A stretch of 64,000 nucleotides of DNA. Source: Candidatus Cloacimonadales bacterium (GTDB lineage: Bacteria; Cloacimonadota; Cloacimonadia; Cloacimonadales; JAFGVF01). The position numbers and the translations under genes are program-made. Positions 58,951 through 64,000 of the stretch are shown piece after piece. Location of the stretch: positions 64,001-128,000 of the forward strand of contig CAXXOU010000001.1 in NCBI GenBank assembly GCA_963677495.2, written 5' to 3'. The notes beneath the pieces were generated by a model that did not search any database, was not told where the DNA came from, and saw nothing but the letters and a program-made list of their open reading frames with translations. The number at the start of each line of letters is the position of its first letter. The first letter of the stretch is position 1.

Positions 58951-59883
58951 TTATGCAAAGTCTGTTCTTTTCTTAGAATAAAATCTCAAAGCTAAGAAAT
59001 ATCCAAAGTAAGCTAATATTATACCGCCTATTACGTCAATAAGATAGTGATAATGGCAATATACTGTTGATAGGCAAAGCAGGACTACGATTGGGGCAAC
59101 TATCCTTCTCATCTTAGGTAGATATCGATTTATTGCAAGAGCAATTGATATTGCAACTGCTACATGTGAGCTTGGAAATGCTCCACCTGCATGTGGGCTT
59201 TGAATATATATATAAGCCATGATTCGCGTGAACGGTCCATATCTATAAAGTGTAGTTAATTCAGCTGTGTTGATACTTAGTGGATTTAATGCTGCACCTG
59301 ATGCAATTTCCGGGAAACGAGATATAAACTCCTGCCCAAATGCTCTTGCTCCAATTACAGGTAACCACGAGAATATAAAGAAGCAGAGGTAGAACACTGT
59401 AGAGGTTGTAAACACAAATTCACCTAAGTTCTCTCTCTGTTTAAAGTATAGGTATATTGGAGTAATCACAACTAATGGATAGTAAGCAAAGTAAGCAAAG
59501 TGCATCAGTTCCTGTAACCAAAAGTAATCGAAATTTACTCCCCAAGAAATACTTGGTTGAGAGCCAAATACCCATTGCTCCAAAGCTTGGAACGAGGGAT
59601 CTATATATCCTTTAAAGAAAACCCGATTTGTCACCATGGTAATCTCAAAGAAGTAAGCTGTTAACATCAGAGGATATATGTTACGGATTAAATTAATCAC
59701 CGGATTCTTAAACTTGTTATCAAGTAAAATTACAGTAAATACACCAAACGTTATAAGCCCAAGATTCAGAAGATGATGATACGGATCTTCTACAGTTTTA
59801 ATCCCCCAAAGAATCATGAATATTATCCAAACGATATACCCCAAAGCTACTACATCAATCTCTTTAAAACCCTTCAATTTCAT
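58951..59883 (-). CDS. PAP2-superfamily membrane protein (AUR1/inositol-phosphorylceramide-synthase-like PAP2_3 type)
   Basis: AFPSSHV and STVYCHYHYLIDVIGG motifs; P..G.R segment; about 8 transmembrane helices. Confidence 0.8.
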   Translation of the reverse strand: MKLKGFKEIDVVALGYIVWIIFMILWGIKTVEDPYHHLLNLGLITFGVFTVILLDNKFKNPVINLIRNIYPLMLTAYFFEITMVTNRVFFKGYIDPSFQALEQWVFGSQPSISWGVNFDYFWLQELMHFAYFAYYPLVVITPIYLYFKQRENLGEFVFTTSTVFYLCFFIFSWLPVIGARAFGQEFISRFPEIASGAALNPLSINTAELTTLYRYGPFTRIMAYIYIQSPHAGGAFPSSHVAVAISIALAINRYLPKMRRIVAPIVVLLCLSTVYCHYHYLIDVIGGIILAYFGYFLALRFYSKKRTDFA

Positions 59884-59884
59884 A

Positions 59885-61006
59885 TCAAATATTCATCTCC
59901 AATATCTGGTAAGTCTTATATGCCTCAGCCCCTAAACTCTTAGCTAGCCTATTCATCATAACATTGTTTTCAAGAACCCATGAGAATTCTGCTTCTGTCC
60001 AACCTTCAGGTAATCCATATTCGTAAAACTTATAATGGAACATGGCATCTACACCAAGGTTTCTATAACCATCAAGTATTCCCATAATCATCACCCTAAC
60101 AGAACGAATCTTTCCCTTAGCTTTTAAGGCTTTCATGATAGTAATAGGATTAATCTTTCCGTTCATTGCTTTGAAAACATGGTTATAATTTGGAATACCC
60201 ACAGAGAAACCAATTGGTTTGCCATCTTTTCTCGCAATCATAACGAAGTTAGGGTTAACAATAGGTATTAGTTCATCCTTAAGCCTATCGAACTCTCTTT
60301 TGCTCATAGGGACATATCCCCAATTATCTTTCCATGCCTCTCTATATATTTCGAAGATAATATCAATATCCTCTTTCCTATCAGCTTTACTTTTACGCAG
60401 TGTGTGGAAGGTGATATTCTCTTTTTCTAGTTTCTTCGTTATAATCTTTGCAACTCTAGCTAGTTTAGGTGGTATCTCTTCAGTAACTGTGTGATATGAA
60501 AACATACCCATTGCTTTAGTTAAACCATAATCATTGAGAAGCTCTTCAAAATAAGGTTTGTTATGTGTCAGCATAATGAATGGAGGAGTATCAAAGCCAT
60601 CTACTAATAGACCACACATATCATTAATTGTGAAGTTAAAAGGACCTGATAATACATCTTTACCATGCCTTTTGTTCCATTCAACAGCTTTATCTAAAAG
60701 AGCTTTAGAAACTTCTCTATCATTGATGCAATCAAAGAAGCCAAAGAATCCTTTCTTATCACTATAATGCTTATTATGAAGTTCATTTGTATGTGCGGAT
60801 ATTCTACCTACAACCACTCCATCTTTCAAGGCAAGAAAATAGTCAGCTTTAGAGTGCTCAAAATGTGGGTTCTTAGATCTATCAAAGAATTTCATCTCCT
60901 CACTGATTAGAGGGGGTACCCAATTGGGATCATCTTTATACAGCTCAAATGGAAACATCACAAACTGTTTTAACTGTTTCTTATTCTCTACCTTGATTAT
61001 TTGCAT
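59885..61006 (-). CDS. YghO-like tandem GNAT N-acyltransferase (family that includes bacterial ceramide synthases)
   Basis: FVMFPFELYKDDPNWVPPL, VGRISA, FGFFDC, GLLVDGF, AWKDNWGYVP and AEFSWVLENN..M motifs. Confidence 0.8.
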   Translation of the reverse strand: MQIIKVENKKQLKQFVMFPFELYKDDPNWVPPLISEEMKFFDRSKNPHFEHSKADYFLALKDGVVVGRISAHTNELHNKHYSDKKGFFGFFDCINDREVSKALLDKAVEWNKRHGKDVLSGPFNFTINDMCGLLVDGFDTPPFIMLTHNKPYFEELLNDYGLTKAMGMFSYHTVTEEIPPKLARVAKIITKKLEKENITFHTLRKSKADRKEDIDIIFEIYREAWKDNWGYVPMSKREFDRLKDELIPIVNPNFVMIARKDGKPIGFSVGIPNYNHVFKAMNGKINPITIMKALKAKGKIRSVRVMIMGILDGYRNLGVDAMFHYKFYEYGLPEGWTEAEFSWVLENNVMMNRLAKSLGAEAYKTYQILEMNI

Positions 61007-61632
61007 TATATCTCTCCTAATCTCTTTGAAACTACTAGGTTAATTATACCCATAAGTGCAGCAACCCCACCTAGTTTAACGATATCAGCTGAGGTGAAGG
61101 TACCTATGAATCCCGGAATTGCAATATTAAGTATTTGTGCAATCACAACCGGTAGAATTACAATTGTATACTGACCAAATCGCATCTGTTTGAAAAAGAT
61201 GATAAAGATCAAAGCTAATCCAGTGGCGATGGCAGTTGGTAAAAATGCGAAATATCCAATGTAACCAATATACGTAAGAATTCCTCTACCACCTTTAAAC
61301 TTATGAGTTAAAGGTAAACAGTGTCCAACTAGCATAAACAAACCATAAAGCATTAACCAGTTTTCGTTTGTAAATGGAATTCCCGTCTCAAAACCGGACA
61401 ACAACCATTTTAACAGTGATAGAAAGAAATAAGCCTTACTAATATCCACAGCTGCACTTAATACACCAAGTGGTTTACTCACATTTGAGTAAATATTCTC
61501 TGTATCAGGATGTCCTGTACCAACTTTATATATGTTCAAATGTCTAAATGTTTTAGCTATAAGTCTTGCTGTTGAAAAACAACCAAAGAAGTAAGATATG
61601 ACAAGGGCTCCGATTGGGATTATAAAGCTCAT
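61006..61632 (-). CDS. plsY: Glycerol-3-phosphate acyltransferase PlsY-like
   Basis: SYFFG, VGTGHPDTEN (variant of GSGNxGxTN), DISK and VGHC.P...KFKGGRG motifs. Confidence 0.7.
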   Translation of the reverse strand: MSFIIPIGALVISYFFGCFSTARLIAKTFRHLNIYKVGTGHPDTENIYSNVSKPLGVLSAAVDISKAYFFLSLLKWLLSGFETGIPFTNENWLMLYGLFMLVGHCLPLTHKFKGGRGILTYIGYIGYFAFLPTAIATGLALIFIIFFKQMRFGQYTIVILPVVIAQILNIAIPGFIGTFTSADIVKLGGVAALMGIINLVVSKRLGEI

Positions 61633-62333
61633 TGTTGCTCCTTATTGTAGTTTCTTCTTCCGAAGATTGCACTACCTACCCTAATTAAGTTTGCTCCCTC
61701 TTCTATTGCTATCATGTAATCATCTGACATACCCATTGATAAATAATCAAGATTCACGTTAGGTATATCTAACTGCTTTAGTTGCTCCCTAAGCTGATAA
61801 AGTGCTTTAAAATATTTCCTATTATTCTCCGGATCTGCACTTAGCATTCCGATTGTCATCAATCCTCGAACCTGGATATTGGGAAGCTTGGCAATCTCTC
61901 TAACCAGTTCAATTGCTTCAGTCTCATTAATACCAGATTTCTGACCTTCGTCCGTTGTGTTAATCTGAATAAGGACATCTTGCTTCAGCTCGTTCTTAAC
62001 AAGGTATCCACTCAACTTTTCAGCAGTTGAGAGTTTATCTAATGAGTGAATAAGTGCCGGTTTTAATGGGATAAGTTTCTTAATTTTATTAGATTGCAAG
62101 TGTCCTATAAAATGAAATTCCGGTCTCCTTGAGAGTTCCGGTAACTTTCTTTCAGCTTCTTGAATCTTGTTTTCACCTACCAGATCCACTCCTAAAGCCA
62201 AAACCTCTTCAAGTATCTCAACAGGATGTGTCTTAGTCACTGCTATCAGCTTTACTTCACTGATATCACGTCCGGTTTTCTTACAAGCCTTTTCTATATT
62301 CTCTTTTACATTACGCAAATTATCTGCTATCAT
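61629..62333 (-). CDS. yggS: PLP homeostasis protein YggS/PLPBP
   Basis: LIAVTKTH, GENKIQE, HFIGHLQSNK and LSMGMSDDY..AIEEGA..IRVGSAIFG motifs. Confidence 0.96.
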   Translation of the reverse strand: MIADNLRNVKENIEKACKKTGRDISEVKLIAVTKTHPVEILEEVLALGVDLVGENKIQEAERKLPELSRRPEFHFIGHLQSNKIKKLIPLKPALIHSLDKLSTAEKLSGYLVKNELKQDVLIQINTTDEGQKSGINETEAIELVREIAKLPNIQVRGLMTIGMLSADPENNRKYFKALYQLREQLKQLDIPNVNLDYLSMGMSDDYMIAIEEGANLIRVGSAIFGRRNYNKEQQ

Positions 62334-62464
62334 TCATTCCTCCATGGAGTAAACATTCAAATTCAGAGAAAAGCACTCTTTGTCAAGTTGTAAATGGAAT
62401 GTTAAACACCCCTCTCCATTGAAATCATAGCGAGTTTCAACTCATAAGGGGAGTTTGCCGGAGA

Positions 62465-64000
62465 TGTCAATGGCAGTGAGAAATGGTACACGATGGCAGT
62501 GAAAAGTGGTACAAAACTGCCAACCTTTAAAAATGACTACTTCAAGACAGTTTGGAGTAGGTATGATTGGAGTAGAAGTGTATCATTCAATAAAAACTAT
62601 GCATAAGCAAGGGCATAGTCAGCGTAAGATCGCAGAGGAGTTGTCTCTATCAAAGACAACAGTAGGTAAATACATAAATATGACACTTGATGAGTTCATG
62701 GAACTAATAAACAATAGCATTCGTGAAAGCAGTTTTGCCATATGTGAGCAATATGTCCGCGAAAGGCTTAGCAAATATCCACGATTAAGAGCTAGTGTAC
62801 TATATTTAGAAGTTAAGAAAAAGTTCCCTGAGATAAAAGCAAAAGACAGAGCTTTCCGAGATTTTGTTCGTAAGCTAAAGCAGACTTATCCTGTCGATAA
62901 ATACCGTAATTATGCAGTTATCGAGACGGCTCCCGGTGTTCAGGTTCAAGTTGATCCAGGTGAGATGAAAGTAGTTTTGGGTAATAAACGTCAAAGAGTT
63001 TATTTTATAGTTTTTGTGCTTTCCACTCGCGTCAAAGCTATGTCCATTGGAGCACAACACCATATAACACATCAAGGTTTATTGAAGCTCATCGTGAAGC
63101 TTTTATCTATTTTGAAGGTATCCCTTCAGAGTGTGTTTACGACCAGACAAAGCTTGTAGTAATACAGGAACGCTATCGGGAAGTAATCTTAAATAATCAG
63201 TTCCATCAGTTTGCAGCAAAAACGGGCTTTCATCCTCATGTATGCGAAGGCTATGATCCACAAAGCAAGGGTAAAGTAGAGCGTAATGTCTCAGAAGTAA
63301 AGCATGGCTTTATGTATGGCAAAGAGTTCAAAGACCTGGCAGACCTGCGTTCACGCGGACTTGAGTGGCTTTTACACTTTAACGGCAGAACCCATGGCAC
63401 AACCCGTAAAGTACCATCAGAAGTATGGCAAGAAGAGAGGTTAAAGCTAAAAGATATTCCAGAGTTTATCTTCACTTTAGAAGTTCGTAATGCAGATAAA
63501 ACAGGCTTAATCTCGTATGAGGGTAATAAGTACTCTGTTCCATTAGAGTATCAGCGAAAACAGGTATATGTGCAAAAAGAAAAAGAGCACTTTAGTGGTG
63601 ATGGATATTTATACAAGAAAGGAAATCTGCCAACATGAGCTATGCACAGAAAAAAGGCAAAATCATCAAAAACACTAATCATTATCGGGATTTTACGGTA
63701 GTGCTACAAGAGCTTATTGAGCGAGTAAAGGATGAGATGAGTGAATATATCCAAGGAGAAGAACTAATCCAGAGGCTTGTTAATGATAACCCTAAAATAG
63801 CAAGGGATCAGTTGAGAGCCTTAAGCAAGTTTAAGCGTAACTATGAAACAGATGTATGGGAGTCAGTGCTTCCTGAGGTAATGACTCTTTCGCATGTAAA
63901 GGCAACAGCCATAGAGAAGCTTCTGAATGCAAAAGTAAGACAAATGAAGCTAAATGAATTATCAGAATCAGAACCACAACAAGACTCAGAGAGTTCATTA
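62465..64000 (+). mobile_element. IS21-family insertion sequence, left end; truncated by the window edge
   Basis: Starts TGTCA with a repeated subterminal motif ATGGCAGTGAGAAATGGTACA / ATGGCAGTGAAAAGTGGTACA, followed by istA. Confidence 0.88.
62563..64000 (+). pseudogene. istA: IS21 transposase IstA with three apparent single-base frameshifts
   Basis: HTH (GHSQRKIAEEL), ETAPG.QVQVD, then in a shifted frame GIPSECVYDQTK, PQSKGKVE, HGTT.KVP and GNKYSVP; frame breaks near 63025, 63592 and 63655. Confidence 0.85.

Noticed and set aside
2124..62352. Numerous 60-135 aa ORFs antisense to or nested in confident genes (e.g. 2124, 7536, 24847, 41338, 43274, 48771)
   Set aside because: Shadow ORFs of well-supported CDSs, with no independent motifs or RBS.
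62405..62460. Possible riboswitch upstream of yggS (GGCAAAC...GAAA on the minus strand)
   Set aside because: It lacks the rest of the c-di-GMP-I consensus and is equally explained as a coding remnant next to the IS.
1..64000. Genome-wide UGA reassignment (genetic code 4 or 25) as the explanation for the in-frame TGAs
   Set aside because: Long conserved genes (hisS, polA, kamA, nnr, pgsB) contain no internal TGA. TGA is the apparent stop of many genes (e.g. ending at 1177, 4974, 13716, 29757, 59885, 61629), often in ATGA overlaps. Read-through therefore looks site-specific.

Overview
AT-rich bacterial chromosomal segment, most likely from a diderm anaerobe of the FCB-adjacent group. Candidatus Cloacimonadota is an inference from the lysine-fermentation genes kdd/kamA and four secreted proteins ending in a YPNPF FlgD-Ig/T9SS-like C-terminal domain. 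The window holds housekeeping genes (hisS, polA, mazG, add, nnr, gpsA, dapA, yggS, tRNA-Pro), a Wzx/Wzy polysaccharide cluster, a pgsB-pgsC-pgsW poly-gamma-glutamate locus, a B12-binding/globin-like/histidine kinase module, intergenic repeat families and a frameshifted IS21 element running off the right edge. The main discovery is four genes that the ORF track splits or truncates at an in-frame TGA, each followed by a bacterial SECIS-like hairpin. Three of them are tandem, translationally coupled paralogs (40710-42579): signal peptide, then UGA at codon 22-26, then a hairpin whose loop starts exactly 23 nt after the UGA in all three. The fourth is a secreted protein with a CxxU motif (20114-21130). 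These look like exported selenoproteins of families I do not recognise. No selA/B/C/D genes are in the window, so selenocysteine insertion is an inference.
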